A DNA stretch of 46,280 bases, from the NCBI GenBank assembly GCA_015489185.1, contig WGAE01000150.1:1-46280 (forward strand), read 5' to 3'. The DNA comes from Campylobacterales bacterium (GTDB lineage: Bacteria > Campylobacterota > Campylobacteria > Campylobacterales > QNZT01). Position numbers and translations under genes: made by a program. The notes beneath the pieces were generated by a model. That model did no database searches and was not told the DNA's origin. It saw only the letters and a program-made list of their open reading frames with translations. Every line of letters starts with the position of its first letter. Position 1 is the stretch's first letter. Positions 10,224 to 19,975 of this stretch are shown in pieces.

Positions 10224-11914
10224 TACGACTCCATAAGTTTATCAAATACTGTTTCGGTATCTACCGCGGTTTTGGAAAGCGTTTTTCGATCCACAATCTC
10301 CACTTTTCCCTCTTTCAGTCCTTTACCGACAATCACCCCTTTTGGAAAACCGAAAAGTTCAAAATCGCTCATCTTGAAACCGAATCGTTCACTGCGGTCA
10401 TCGAGCAAGACGCGTTTTCCGGCATCTTGCAGTTTTTCGTACAATGTTTCGGCAAACGTACGCTGCGCTTCGTCTTTAATATTCGAAATGATAATCATAA
10501 TATCAAACGGTGTCGTCTCTTCGGTCCAGATACACCCTTTTTCATCATGATGCTGTTCAATCACGACGGCAACCAGTCTGCTTACACCGATTCCGTATGT
10601 GCCCATCACAAACGGTCTGGCTTTGCCGTTTCGATCCAGAAAGGTCGCACCCAGCGCTTCGGAATATTTGGTACCGAGCTGAAAAATATGCCCTACTTCG
10701 ATCCCTTTGGTCAGCGTCAGTTTCCCGCCGCATTTCGCACACCGATCTCCCTCTTGTACGGTGATCAAATCTTTGTAGGTAAACGGTTTGCCTTTGAAAT
10801 CATACCCGACATAGTGGTAATCTTCACGATTCGCACCGCAAATCATCGGCGCTTCATCCCGCAACTCTTCATCGACATATACGGTGACATTTTCCGCATC
10901 GGGTCCGATATAGCCGGGAACCAGCCCCGCCGCTTCAAGCTCCGCTTCCGTCGCGTCGACAAGCTCCAGCGCACCGGTCACCGACAACGCTTTGGTCTCC
11001 TGCAACGTATCGCTTCCGCGCACGAAGAAGAGGACAATCTCTTCATGATCTTCGAAAATCGCCTTTTTCGCCACCGCTTTAACGAGAAAATCCTCCGAAA
11101 TTTTGAAAAATTCAGCTAACGCCTCGATCGTCTTGACACCCGGTGTATGAAATGGTCCGGGTGTCATCTCGACATCGCTTTTGTCGATAACTTTTGCCGC
11201 GCGTTTGGCTGCTTCGATATTGGCGGCGTAATCGCATCCCTCACAAATAACGATATCATCCTCTCCGTTTTCCGCCAGTACCATAAACTCTTTGGAGCCG
11301 CTGCCGCCGATCGCGCCGCTGTCCGCTTCGACCACCCTGTATGTGAGTCCGAGGCGATCGAGAATTTTTCCGTATGTCTCTTCCATCAGCGCATATTCGC
11401 GTTGCATATCTTCGACACTTTCATGAAAGCTGTATCCGTCTTTCATGATAAACTCACGCCCCCGAAGCAATCCATAGCGCGGTCTCGCTTCATCACGAAA
11501 CTTCGTATGGATCTGATAGAGATTGAGCGGCAACTCTTTATAACTTTTCACACGGTTGCGTACCAGATCGACCATCGCCTCTTCATGGGTGGGACCGAGC
11601 ACGAACTCATTCTCTTTCCTATCTTTAAAGCGTAAAAGCTCCTTACCGAAACGCTCGTATCTACCGCTCTCTTTCCAAAGTTGCGAAGGCGTTACGAAAC
11701 CAAGCAATACCTCTTGATTACCCGCTTTGTCCAACTCCTCCTTGACGATGCGTCTGATGTTATCCAGAACCATTTTCCCCAGCGGCAGATAGTTGTAGAT
11801 ACCGCTTCCGATCTGTGCGATAAAGCCGCCCCGAACCAGAAAGATGTGACTTGGAAGTACCGCATCTTTGGGTGCTTCTTTTGATGTCGGCGCAAAGAGT
11901 TTGCTCAGTTTCAA
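10223..11914 (-). CDS. proS: Proline--tRNA ligase (bacterial type with editing insertion)
   Basis: 563 aa. Motifs [43 protein letters not shown] (motif 2) and [10 protein letters not shown] (motif 3). TTG start lies 5 nt after SD AAGGAG and overlaps the hemA stop (TTGA). Confidence 0.95.
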   Translation of the reverse strand: MKLSKLFAPTSKEAPKDAVLPSHIFLVRGGFIAQIGSGIYNYLPLGKMVLDNIRRIVKEELDKAGNQEVLLGFVTPSQLWKESGRYERFGKELLRFKDRKENEFVLGPTHEEAMVDLVRNRVKSYKELPLNLYQIHTKFRDEARPRYGLLRGREFIMKDGYSFHESVEDMQREYALMEETYGKILDRLGLTYRVVEADSGAIGGSGSKEFMVLAENGEDDIVICEGCDYAANIEAAKRAAKVIDKSDVEMTPGPFHTPGVKTIEALAEFFKISEDFLVKAVAKKAIFEDHEEIVLFFVRGSDTLQETKALSVTGALELVDATEAELEAAGLVPGYIGPDAENVTVYVDEELRDEAPMICGANREDYHYVGYDFKGKPFTYKDLITVQEGDRCAKCGGKLTLTKGIEVGHIFQLGTKYSEALGATFLDRNGKARPFVMGTYGIGVSRLVAVVIEQHHDEKGCIWTEETTPFDIMIIISNIKDEAQRTFAETLYEKLQDAGKRVLLDDRSERFGFKMSDFELFGFPKGVIVGKGLKEGKVEIVDRKTLSKTAVDTETVFDKLMES

Positions 11915-13239
11915 TCTTTCTCCTTTGTCGTTAAATCTTTTTGTATCTGATATTCACACTTGTAGGTATTGATCGCTTTTCGCTGATGGGCGTTGAGATT
12001 GAAAAAAACCTGCACCGACTGTACGACCGTATCCGCCTGCGGCTGTTCGGCAATCTTTTTCAAAATGCTCGTCGGTTCATGCAAAAAACTGTTAAATGCC
12101 TGATGGAGTATCTTTTCCACCTGCTTTTCATATTCGGCAGGGATATAACCCTTTTTAATCGCCCGGTGCAACTCTTTCTGACTCGCTTCACGCGCTTTTT
12201 TGCGAATCTCCTTAATCATAGGATCAACCGAGAGCGTCTGGAGCCACTTAAAAAAGTTTTCAGTAAACTCTCCGACGATCTCAAACGCCTTTTGGGCATT
12301 TTGCGCACGTTGCGCCAGATTCTGCTGCATAATGGTACGCAGATCGTCCACCGCGTAGATTGTGAGATTTTCATAGTCGCACTGTTCGATATCTCTGGGG
12401 ATTGCGATATCAAACCAGTGTCTTTCAAACGTCGTCTCCTCGACCATATCTTTGGTAATAATCGGCTCTGACGCCCCCGTTGCGGAAAAGAGCAGTCTGT
12501 AGTGGTTGACCAGTTTCGGCAGTTCCGAAAAAGGTTCTACCGTCACGGTAACTTTTTCGATCCTTTTGGCAAGCTCCAGCGCTTTTTCCATATCACGATT
12601 GACAAGAATAATATTCGCACCCGCGTTTGCCAGATGCTTCGCGGTGAGTTCTCCCATCTCACCCGCTCCGACAACCACGCCGCTGTATCCTCCCAGATTG
12701 CCGCCGAAGATCTCTTTGGCTTTTGCAACCGCGACACTCGCGACAGAGATCGGATTTTTGGAGATATCCGTCATATTACGAACGGCGGCGGAACATCGAA
12801 ACGCATTATGCATCACCCTCGCGATTTTCTGTCCGCTGAACCCGTGCTCATACGAAAAACTGAATGCATCTTTCACCTGTCCGACAATCTGCGTCTCCCC
12901 AAGCACCAGACTGTCCAGTGACGAAACCACACTGAAAATATGATGAATCGCATCCGCGTCAGTGTAGATTTCCCCTTTTCCATCAAGTTCATCACACGAA
13001 ACACCGGTAAGACGGCAGATGATCCCAAGAATTTCATCACCCAGCCCCTCTACCTCTTTAGCACTGACCAAAATCTCGACACGGTTACAGGTCGAAATAA
13101 TCAACGCTTCATGCACACTATCAACGGCTAGCAACGCTTCATAAAAACGCTTGCGCAACGTTTCATCCGCAAAAGAGAGACGTTCACGTGTTTCGATGTT
13201 GGTATTTTTGTGTGTGAAACTCGCAATGAGATAGCGCAT
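11911..13239 (-). CDS. hemA: Glutamyl-tRNA reductase
   Basis: Catalytic-Cys motif ISTCNRVE, and NADPH-binding [15 protein letters not shown]. Start set to ATG 13239 ([12 protein letters not shown]...), which shares 1 nt with the ispB stop. The track start is a TTG one codon upstream. Confidence 0.93.
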   Translation of the reverse strand: MRYLIASFTHKNTNIETRERLSFADETLRKRFYEALLAVDSVHEALIISTCNRVEILVSAKEVEGLGDEILGIICRLTGVSCDELDGKGEIYTDADAIHHIFSVVSSLDSLVLGETQIVGQVKDAFSFSYEHGFSGQKIARVMHNAFRCSAAVRNMTDISKNPISVASVAVAKAKEIFGGNLGGYSGVVVGAGEMGELTAKHLANAGANIILVNRDMEKALELAKRIEKVTVTVEPFSELPKLVNHYRLLFSATGASEPIITKDMVEETTFERHWFDIAIPRDIEQCDYENLTIYAVDDLRTIMQQNLAQRAQNAQKAFEIVGEFTENFFKWLQTLSVDPMIKEIRKKAREASQKELHRAIKKGYIPAEYEKQVEKILHQAFNSFLHEPTSILKKIAEQPQADTVVQSVQVFFNLNAHQRKAINTYKCEYQIQKDLTTKEKD

Positions 13240-14132
13240 CAATACTCTCTTTCAATCATATCGGTAATCACTTTTTCGAGATCATCGTTTTTTTCGTGCG
13301 CGATCGCATCAAGTGCTTCGTATCCCAGAGTTCTGGCATAAGAGACCGATTTTTCAACTGCACCGCTTTCAGCCATTTTTTCTTTTAACCAGTTTGCTTC
13401 ATCCTCTTCGAGCGCTTTACGATAGAGTGATATCAACCGTTTGCGATCCTGTTCCGATAAAGATTGATAAAGATAGATATACGGCAGTGTTGTTTTTCCC
13501 TCTTTGAAGTCAGCAAGTGCCGGTTTTCCGAGTGTCGCCTCATCGGAAACGATATCAAGCACATCGTCAATAATCTGAAACGCCAGGCCGAGATTTTTAC
13601 CGTATAATCCGAAAGCTTTAGTATCTTTACCCGCAAGTGCAGCGGCACTCGAGGCAGTCGCTTCAATCAAAACCGCTGTTTTTTTATAGATCATATCAAA
13701 ATACTTCGCTTCATCCAATTGCAACGCTTCGGAGTATGCGACATCCAGTAACTCACCGGCAGAGAGTTTTGAAACGGCGTCGGAAACCGTTTTAGCGATA
13801 AACGGAGAAAAGTCGCTCAATTCGCTGAAGGCTTTGGAATAGAGAATATCACCCAGCATGACAGCCGTTTTACTACCGTGGGTGGCATTGAGAGAAGCGA
13901 TACCCCTGCGTGTAACGGCTTCGTCGATCACGTCGTCATGAAGTAAACTCGCCGCATGAATCAATTCAATAATAGCCGCAAGTTTAATATTTTCCTGCGC
14001 CTCGGGAGCGATCTTCATAACCAGTTTTGCACGCAGTCGCTTACCTTTTGGAACTTTAGCATAGAGTTCTGTTGCAAGAGGATCAACCTCATTAACAAAA
14101 GTATGCATCAGTGATTCGATTTTTTCCAGCAT
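13239..14132 (-). CDS. ispB: Long-chain polyprenyl diphosphate synthase (trans-IPPS, menaquinone side chain)
   Basis: 297 aa. First Asp-rich motif LLHDDVIDE and second motif FQIIDDVLD. Confidence 0.88.
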   Translation of the reverse strand: MLEKIESLMHTFVNEVDPLATELYAKVPKGKRLRAKLVMKIAPEAQENIKLAAIIELIHAASLLHDDVIDEAVTRRGIASLNATHGSKTAVMLGDILYSKAFSELSDFSPFIAKTVSDAVSKLSAGELLDVAYSEALQLDEAKYFDMIYKKTAVLIEATASSAAALAGKDTKAFGLYGKNLGLAFQIIDDVLDIVSDEATLGKPALADFKEGKTTLPYIYLYQSLSEQDRKRLISLYRKALEEDEANWLKEKMAESGAVEKSVSYARTLGYEALDAIAHEKNDDLEKVITDMIEREY

Positions 14133-14140
14133 AAATACCT

Positions 14141-14569
14141 TTACTTTTTAGGCTTCGTGACTTTGATAGTCAACCTGTTCTCCGGATCGGCAAATTGTGC
14201 CAGAATCGTTGCAATCCTCTTTTTCGTATCGAATGCCTTGAAGCTGATATAAACAAACGCCCGTTTATCCATCCGTGCATAATCGCCCGTCAAATAGAGC
14301 TTAATCGTATCCAATCCGTAACGCGGCTCGAGCACATACTGTGTTTTAAACCCTTCATAGTCGACCAAAACTACCAAACGTTCATTTTGGTAGAGCGTCC
14401 AGCGAAACTGCAATATCCCCTCTTTGGGGAAGGTAACCGGATAATCTTTTTTGATTACCGCTTCGGCAATCTGATCTTTCTTCAGATGAAACGTATACTC
14501 AAAACTGAAATCGACCGTCGCAAACGAAAGCAGCGGGAAGAGTATACAAACGAGTAGCACTCTACTCAT
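14141..14569 (-). CDS. Hypothetical secreted protein (positional equivalent of H. pylori HP0241)
   Basis: 142 aa with an N-terminal hydrophobic signal-like segment MSRVLLVCILFPLLSFA. I recognise no catalytic motif. An 8-nt overlap with the upstream gene indicates coupling. Confidence 0.5.
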   Translation of the reverse strand: MSRVLLVCILFPLLSFATVDFSFEYTFHLKKDQIAEAVIKKDYPVTFPKEGILQFRWTLYQNERLVVLVDYEGFKTQYVLEPRYGLDTIKLYLTGDYARMDKRAFVYISFKAFDTKKRIATILAQFADPENRLTIKVTKPKK

Positions 14570-14840
14570 TTTTTGTCAGGATATCGCCCATCCCTTCGAT
14601 AAAGAGACTTGTCTGCTTCTCCTTAACTTTCTCGGGATTTTCCCAGATATAGTTTTGCAAAATTTGCATAATATCTTTATCTTCACCCATCATTTCCTCA
14701 AACAGAAGCTCATACGCCGCCAGCTTCTCAAGATTTCTGGACAACTCCTCTTCAACAAGGTTTCTGTTTGCGTTAAAAATAATATCGAAATATTTCTTTT
14801 GCGGGCTACCTCCGAAGAGATCATCATCTTCCATGAACAT
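14562..14840 (-). CDS. Small acidic helical protein, DUF2018 / HP0242-like
   Basis: 92 aa. FGGSPQKKYFDIIFNANRNL and C-terminal GMGDILTKNE resemble, from memory, H. pylori HP0242. Its position after ispB matches the HP0240-HP0242 order. Confidence 0.55.
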   Translation of the reverse strand: MFMEDDDLFGGSPQKKYFDIIFNANRNLVEEELSRNLEKLAAYELLFEEMMGEDKDIMQILQNYIWENPEKVKEKQTSLFIEGMGDILTKNE

Positions 14841-14911
14841 CTTTTACCCTTTTGGTTCATTTTTTTGCTCAAAAAGCTTTTAAATCCCTGAGACAAGGGA
14901 AAATTATACCA

Positions 14912-15856
14912 TTAATTGCTAAAAAATTCGACTATCATCTCCCTGATCACTACGGGATCACTGATACGGTTGATCCGATCACGGAATGCGGAAGCGTTGG
15001 GAAAACTTTTTGAGTAGGTATGCAGATGTTTACGAAAGATCGTCGCTCCCCGCTCCCCGTAAAAACGGAGCATCGCATCGTAATGTTCGAGTACAATTTC
15101 CAGAATCTTCGACTTGTCGACAAAGGTACGCTCCTCTTTGATCTGCCAGAAAATCCATGGATTTCCAACCGCACCCCTGCCGATCATGACTCCGTCACAA
15201 TCCGTTCTCTCACGTACTTCATGCACTTTTTGCAACGACGTAATATCACCGTTGGCGATCACCGGAATTTTAACCGCAGCTTTTGCCCGGGCAATCGCAT
15301 CATAGTCAACCGGTGCTTTGTATCTACCCGATCGTGTGCGTCCATGCAGTGTCAAAAAATCCGCTCCTGCCGATTCAACGGTACAAGCGATATCTTCAGG
15401 GATTTTTTCATTGAAACCTAATCTCGCTTTGACAGAGGTGTAACGTTTGTTCGAGTAGCGTTTGATCGTCTCAACGATCCGTGCAAGTTGATCAAGATCT
15501 TTAAGAAGAGAAGAACCGGAGTTTTGAGAAACAACCTTGGGAACCGGACATCCACAGTTCAGATCGATTCCGTCAATTCCCTCGATATCGTTCAAAATTT
15601 CGACCGCCTCTTTTGCCACCTTTTCATCTCCCGCCGCAATCTGGACGATATACGGCGTCTCAAGTGGAGATTTTTCGATCATTTTAAGTGATTTACGGGA
15701 ATGATGCAACAGTGCGTTAGCACTGATCATTTCAGAAAATGTCAGATCGACACCGAACTTTTTGGCAACATGTCGAAACGGCAGGTCGGTATAACCTGCC
15801 AACGGGGCGAGTGCCACCAAATCTTTTTTCGAAAAATCGATTTTCCTCGTTTCCAC
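14912..15856 (-). CDS. tRNA-dihydrouridine synthase (Dus family, FMN TIM barrel)
   Basis: 314 aa. Motifs LAPLAGYTDLPFR, IDLNCGCP (catalytic Cys) and LTLHGRTR. GTG start. Confidence 0.88.
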   Translation of the reverse strand: METRKIDFSKKDLVALAPLAGYTDLPFRHVAKKFGVDLTFSEMISANALLHHSRKSLKMIEKSPLETPYIVQIAAGDEKVAKEAVEILNDIEGIDGIDLNCGCPVPKVVSQNSGSSLLKDLDQLARIVETIKRYSNKRYTSVKARLGFNEKIPEDIACTVESAGADFLTLHGRTRSGRYKAPVDYDAIARAKAAVKIPVIANGDITSLQKVHEVRERTDCDGVMIGRGAVGNPWIFWQIKEERTFVDKSKILEIVLEHYDAMLRFYGERGATIFRKHLHTYSKSFPNASAFRDRINRISDPVVIREMIVEFFSN

Positions 15857-15862
15857 GTCCGA

Positions 15863-16873
15863 CTATTTAAAAAAGAGATCGGTATCGAAGTTTTTACCGC
15901 TGTCTTTGAGGAAGAGCAGATATTTGAAAACAGGATACTCCTCTTCGCTGGAGTTTTCGAGGAACTCTCTTGCGACTTCAACCATCTGATGTTCAAAAAG
16001 CAGATAGAGATACCCGTCCCCCGCTTCATGAGGAAATTCGTGCGCCAACCTCTCAAAAAGCATAATCAGTCGATCCGGACCGATTTTTCCTTTGAGTTTC
16101 TTCGCCAGAGTAATGAAATCTTCTTTTTTGAAATCAAGTTTTCGTATAAAGTCGATCATATCCTCTTCACTTAATTCGATCGGGTTCTTTTTATCGTTGA
16201 TGCGATCGATCAATTTATAAAAAAGCTCTTTGGTCGGTTCGACTTCATACTTTTTAATCTCATCCAGTGACGCATATTCCGCCAACGCCAGATGCGCCTT
16301 TTGACACAATGTTTTGTCATCACACTTTTTGAGAATTGTCTCGGCATATTTTTTATCTTTTTTAAGCGCATTTTCCGCATTTTGCAGTACAAGCGCGTTA
16401 TCCGGCAAAAGATTGAATTTGGACAGATCAATCACTTCGCCCTCTTTGATACGCTGCTTGGCTTCAAGGATATCCTGAATACCGTCATCGTAGACGCGAT
16501 GGTGCATCGATCGTTTGGGATCGATATTTAAAAGCGGTAAAATCGCACCGGGAAGTTTGAAGGCCTCGCTCTTATACCCCTCTCCGCTAAGTTGTTTTCC
16601 CAAAAGCGCACGTTTGGCGTTTTCGACAAATTTTTCACTATCCTTTTTAATTGCTCTGAGTTTGGCATATTGCAGTGTTCCGTAGAACATCAGATGCAAA
16701 ACGGTAAGCAGATAGAGTACAAAAGCGGGTAGCATAACCCAGACTGCAACGGGCAACCGTACCGTTACACCGGCTATGGACATCGCGTAATATGCACCCG
16801 TATAGGAGTAGACTGCAATACCCATCGCGATAAGCACCAGTGCACCGAAAACGATATACTTTTTTACGCCCAT
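15863..16873 (-). CDS. Conserved hypothetical membrane protein (two N-terminal TM helices + helical soluble domain)
   Basis: 336 aa. TM segments IVFGALVLIAMGIAVYSY and VAVWVMLPAFVLYLLTVLHLMFY. It sits between dksA and dus, as I recall for C. jejuni Cj0124c. Confidence 0.5.
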   Translation of the reverse strand: MGVKKYIVFGALVLIAMGIAVYSYTGAYYAMSIAGVTVRLPVAVWVMLPAFVLYLLTVLHLMFYGTLQYAKLRAIKKDSEKFVENAKRALLGKQLSGEGYKSEAFKLPGAILPLLNIDPKRSMHHRVYDDGIQDILEAKQRIKEGEVIDLSKFNLLPDNALVLQNAENALKKDKKYAETILKKCDDKTLCQKAHLALAEYASLDEIKKYEVEPTKELFYKLIDRINDKKNPIELSEEDMIDFIRKLDFKKEDFITLAKKLKGKIGPDRLIMLFERLAHEFPHEAGDGYLYLLFEHQMVEVAREFLENSSEEEYPVFKYLLFLKDSGKNFDTDLFFK

Positions 16874-16889
16874 ATTTTTTATTGTCCTT

Positions 16890-17240
16890 TTATGCAGATT
16901 TTTCCACGATTTCTCTGCATACTATACAATATTTCGCCTGTGGTTTGACTTGTAATCTCGCCACACCGATAGGCTCTTCACACATCTCACAGATACCGTA
17001 TGTTTTGTTCGAAATCTTATGCAAAGCATAATCTATCTCTTTAAGTTCATTCATCAGTTTTGTACTGATCGTGCGCTCGATTTCGCTATCCGTACTGATC
17101 GTCGCAAAATCGGCTTCATCGCTCGCATCCGTGGTCTTGAGCTCCTTGATCTCCTGCGCGCGATCATGCATCGTCTTTTGGATCTCTTCTTTTCGTTTCA
17201 AAAGTATCTCTTCGAACTGTTTGAGTTGTTCTTCTGTCAT
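16890..17240 (-). CDS. dksA: DksA/TraR-family C4 zinc-finger transcription factor
   Basis: About 116 aa. A coiled-coil N-terminal part is followed by CEMCEEPIGVARLQVKPQAKYCIVC (CxxC-x17-CxxC). Start re-set to ATG 17240 after SD GGAGCG. Confidence 0.8.
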   Translation of the reverse strand: MTEEQLKQFEEILLKRKEEIQKTMHDRAQEIKELKTTDASDEADFATISTDSEIERTISTKLMNELKEIDYALHKISNKTYGICEMCEEPIGVARLQVKPQAKYCIVCREIVEKSA

Positions 17241-17265
17241 TTCACGCTCCTTTTCAGCCTGCACA

Positions 17266-17721
17266 TCATTTATGATAGGGGTGGTTGTGCAAAAGTGTAA
17301 AAGCCCTGTATATCTGTTCATACAGAACCACTTTCGCGATTTTATGACTCATTGTCAATTTACTTAAACTTATAATTAAATCGCCTTTGCGTATAAAGTT
17401 TTCTTCAAAACCGTACGCACCGCCGATAAAAAAATTTAAGTTTGTATTTATATCAAATTTTTTATAAAATTCAAAACTATCTAACATTTTTCCATCCGGA
17501 TGCAAAATGATGTTATACCCTTTCATGAAGGGTTCAAACGCTTGTGTATAACTTGCACGTGCGGTTTTAGGATCTCTGTTTTGCGCGGAAGCGATTTTGT
17601 TATTGAAAATATTGTGTTCATTTAGTGTACAGTAACGGGAAATCATCTTCGAAAAATGCGCCGTAATCGCGCTGTATTCGTCTTTTGAAGCTTTTTCGAT
17701 CGTGTAGATATCAATCTTCAT
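17266..17721 (-). CDS. rlmH: 23S rRNA (pseudouridine1915-N3)-methyltransferase (SPOUT)
   Basis: About 151 aa. FFIGGAYGF and the C-terminal LSKLTMSHKIAKVVLYEQIYRAFTLLHNHPYHK are typical of RlmH. Start re-set to ATG 17721 ([10 protein letters not shown]). Confidence 0.88.
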   Translation of the reverse strand: MKIDIYTIEKASKDEYSAITAHFSKMISRYCTLNEHNIFNNKIASAQNRDPKTARASYTQAFEPFMKGYNIILHPDGKMLDSFEFYKKFDINTNLNFFIGGAYGFEENFIRKGDLIISLSKLTMSHKIAKVVLYEQIYRAFTLLHNHPYHK

Positions 17722-18301
17722 AAAGGTCCGAACCCAAGACCAGGTAGCGTACGCCTTCGATCTTGTCACTACTCTTCACCCCGCCAATCGCAGCGACATC
17801 ATGAAGACTCGCCTTTGCCAGTGAAGAAAGCGACGCACCCAATATATTTGTCACTGCTTTTGTTGTAGTGGAACGATAGGCACCAAGCCCGATATAGTCG
17901 AGAGGTAGGGTATTTGCAATCTTGATCTCCTCAAGATTGTGGGTTGAAAGCCCCAAAATTTTATCACCGACTTGGCTGCGAATTTTCGTAACCGCTTTTT
18001 CCAAAGATGTATCGATACGTAACACATCTTCCTGCCCGACATGAAGACCGTCCGCATACGATACAAGTCTCAAATCGTCGTTGGCGATGACGGGTATATT
18101 CAAATGCTTACGTAAAAAAAGCAGATTTCTCTTTTTTGTTTCAAAGTCGTTGATTTTATCACGATATTGCAGAAGTGACGCCCGTGCCACCTTGGGAAGA
18201 CGTAAAAAAGCTTCGAGAGAATATCCTTTGTTTCGATTGAGCTCGAAATCAAAAAGCGCATAGATACTATGGTGCATGCGTCTGGTTGTCATCCTTTGCA
18301 C
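17711..18301 (-). CDS. thiE: Thiamine-phosphate synthase
   Basis: About 190 aa. Motifs [32 protein letters not shown] and AIGGV. The start is uncertain (GTG 18301, ATG 18292 or ATG 18277), and all three overlap the accD 3' end. Confidence 0.8.
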   Translation of the reverse strand: MQRMTTRRMHHSIYALFDFELNRNKGYSLEAFLRLPKVARASLLQYRDKINDFETKKRNLLFLRKHLNIPVIANDDLRLVSYADGLHVGQEDVLRIDTSLEKAVTKIRSQVGDKILGLSTHNLEEIKIANTLPLDYIGLGAYRSTTTKAVTNILGASLSSLAKASLHDVAAIGGVKSSDKIEGVRYLVLGSDLYED

Positions 18302-19238
18302 TTAAATCGTTCATATGTTCAGATACCTGACGCATCTGCAGTTTATCTTCCTTTCTGCGTCTGGGGACCGGTTTATGTTCCGGAGCGCCGTCAATCCCGA
18401 TACTAAAATATCGCAACAAATCCGCCAGTGTGCTTTTCATTTCGGAGCGTTGCACGATCATATCAAGAAAACCATGTTTGAGCAGAAATTCGGAACGCTG
18501 AAATCCTTCCGGTAACTCTGCCCCGATCGTCTGTTTGATCACCCGCTGTCCCGCAAATCCGATCAATGCACCGGGTTCCGCGACAATCACATCACCGAGC
18601 ATTGCAAACGACGCACTGACACCACCCATGGTAGGATCGGTTAAAACAGAGATATAAGGCAACCCCTCTTTTGCAAGACGTTTCAAAGCGGCCGATGTTT
18701 TGGACATCTGAAGAAGCGAAAACGTACTCTCCTGCATCCTCGCCCCGCCGCTGGCACTGACAATGATCACCCCCTGCCGCTTTTCGATGGCACGATGCAC
18801 AGCACGCACAATCTTTTCACCCTCAACAGATCCGAGACTCCCGCCCATAAAAGAGAAGTCAAATACAACCAACTGAACCGGAATCCCTTCGATCGTACAC
18901 TCTCCCGATACTACGGAAGATCGTTTTCCTGTCTTTTTCTCACTTTCGGCAACGCGCTTTTTATAGGACTTTTTATCGACAAATCCGAGCGGATCGACCG
19001 GTACGAGATCTGCGTCATATTCCTGAAACGATCCCGCATCCGCAAGCAGTGCGATCCGTTTATCGGGACCGATACGCATATGAAATTTACATTTCGGGCA
19101 TACCTGAGAAAGATTTTCAACCTCTTTATAGTACATCAGCGAATTGCAACTGGGACATTTAACCCAGTGACTCGGTGCTTCGTCACGTGAGGGTTGTTGC
19201 TTCCTGAAATTTTTGAAAATATCCCCGAAATTCATCAT
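18267..19238 (-). CDS. accD: Acetyl-CoA carboxylase carboxyltransferase beta subunit
   Basis: 323 aa. N-terminal Zn ribbon [26 protein letters not shown], then FMGGSLG and [13 protein letters not shown] overlaps the stop of the upstream gene. Confidence 0.93.
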   Translation of the reverse strand: MMNFGDIFKNFRKQQPSRDEAPSHWVKCPSCNSLMYYKEVENLSQVCPKCKFHMRIGPDKRIALLADAGSFQEYDADLVPVDPLGFVDKKSYKKRVAESEKKTGKRSSVVSGECTIEGIPVQLVVFDFSFMGGSLGSVEGEKIVRAVHRAIEKRQGVIIVSASGGARMQESTFSLLQMSKTSAALKRLAKEGLPYISVLTDPTMGGVSASFAMLGDVIVAEPGALIGFAGQRVIKQTIGAELPEGFQRSEFLLKHGFLDMIVQRSEMKSTLADLLRYFSIGIDGAPEHKPVPRRRKEDKLQMRQVSEHMNDLSAKDDNQTHAP

Positions 19239-19975
19239 TCGTCCTCTAAAAGTATTTCTCTCAATCGATCAAATATATTTTTATTTTGGCATATTATCGT
19301 TAAATCGTTTGTTTTATGCTGATACAACCCTTCACACATAAATAGTCCCGCACGCACATCAAAGGTACGTAACGCCCCTTCTACAATCACAAACGCAACT
19401 TCATGTGCCAGCGCCAGTGAAAGTGCCATTGCACCGGGAACACGATATTTAATCTTCGCCTTTTTGAGTTTCGGCGCATAACGGGTCGAACAATATGCCC
19501 GTTCGAAGATACCGATTTTAGGATTTGGATTTTTTTGTACTTCATGAAAACGTTTATCGAAGAGATCACCGCTGACAAAGCCCTCAGCAGTTTTGAGAAA
19601 CACGGCACCCGTCGCCAGGTTAACGATAACCGCGGCAATCACTTCGCCGTTACCGTTCTCTCTGGCAACCGATGTTCCGAAATAGGGAAAATTGGAGAGA
19701 AAGTTGTCACTTCCGTCGAGCGGATCGATTGTAATGAGCGTATCCCCTTCACCGATCATCCCGCTCTCTTCGGAATAGATTCCCCCGAAACGTCGCAAAT
19801 GTTTGACAAAAATTTCTTCCGCAACCTGATCGATCCGGTGGGTTACGTCACCGCCCTCCCCGTGCTGTAACGGTGTATACAGCGACAAATCGGGCGGCAT
19901 ACAAAGCAGGTAGATTTCACGGTTGGCTTCGAGTACCGCCTCGATAAAATCGCGCTGATCCCCGGCAACCGTCAT
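19235..19975 (-). CDS. Inositol-monophosphatase-family phosphatase (SuhB/CysQ-like, specificity undetermined)
   Basis: 246 aa. Metal-binding motifs YSEESG and [10 protein letters not shown]. Confidence 0.75.
   Translation of the reverse strand: MTVAGDQRDFIEAVLEANREIYLLCMPPDLSLYTPLQHGEGGDVTHRIDQVAEEIFVKHLRRFGGIYSEESGMIGEGDTLITIDPLDGSDNFLSNFPYFGTSVARENGNGEVIAAVIVNLATGAVFLKTAEGFVSGDLFDKRFHEVQKNPNPKIGIFERAYCSTRYAPKLKKAKIKYRVPGAMALSLALAHEVAFVIVEGALRTFDVRAGLFMCEGLYQHKTNDLTIICQNKNIFDRLREILLEDE

Noticed and set aside
18267-18301. A TPP riboswitch expected upstream of thiE.
   Set aside because: The thiE start lies inside the accD coding sequence, so there is no leader in which a riboswitch could reside.
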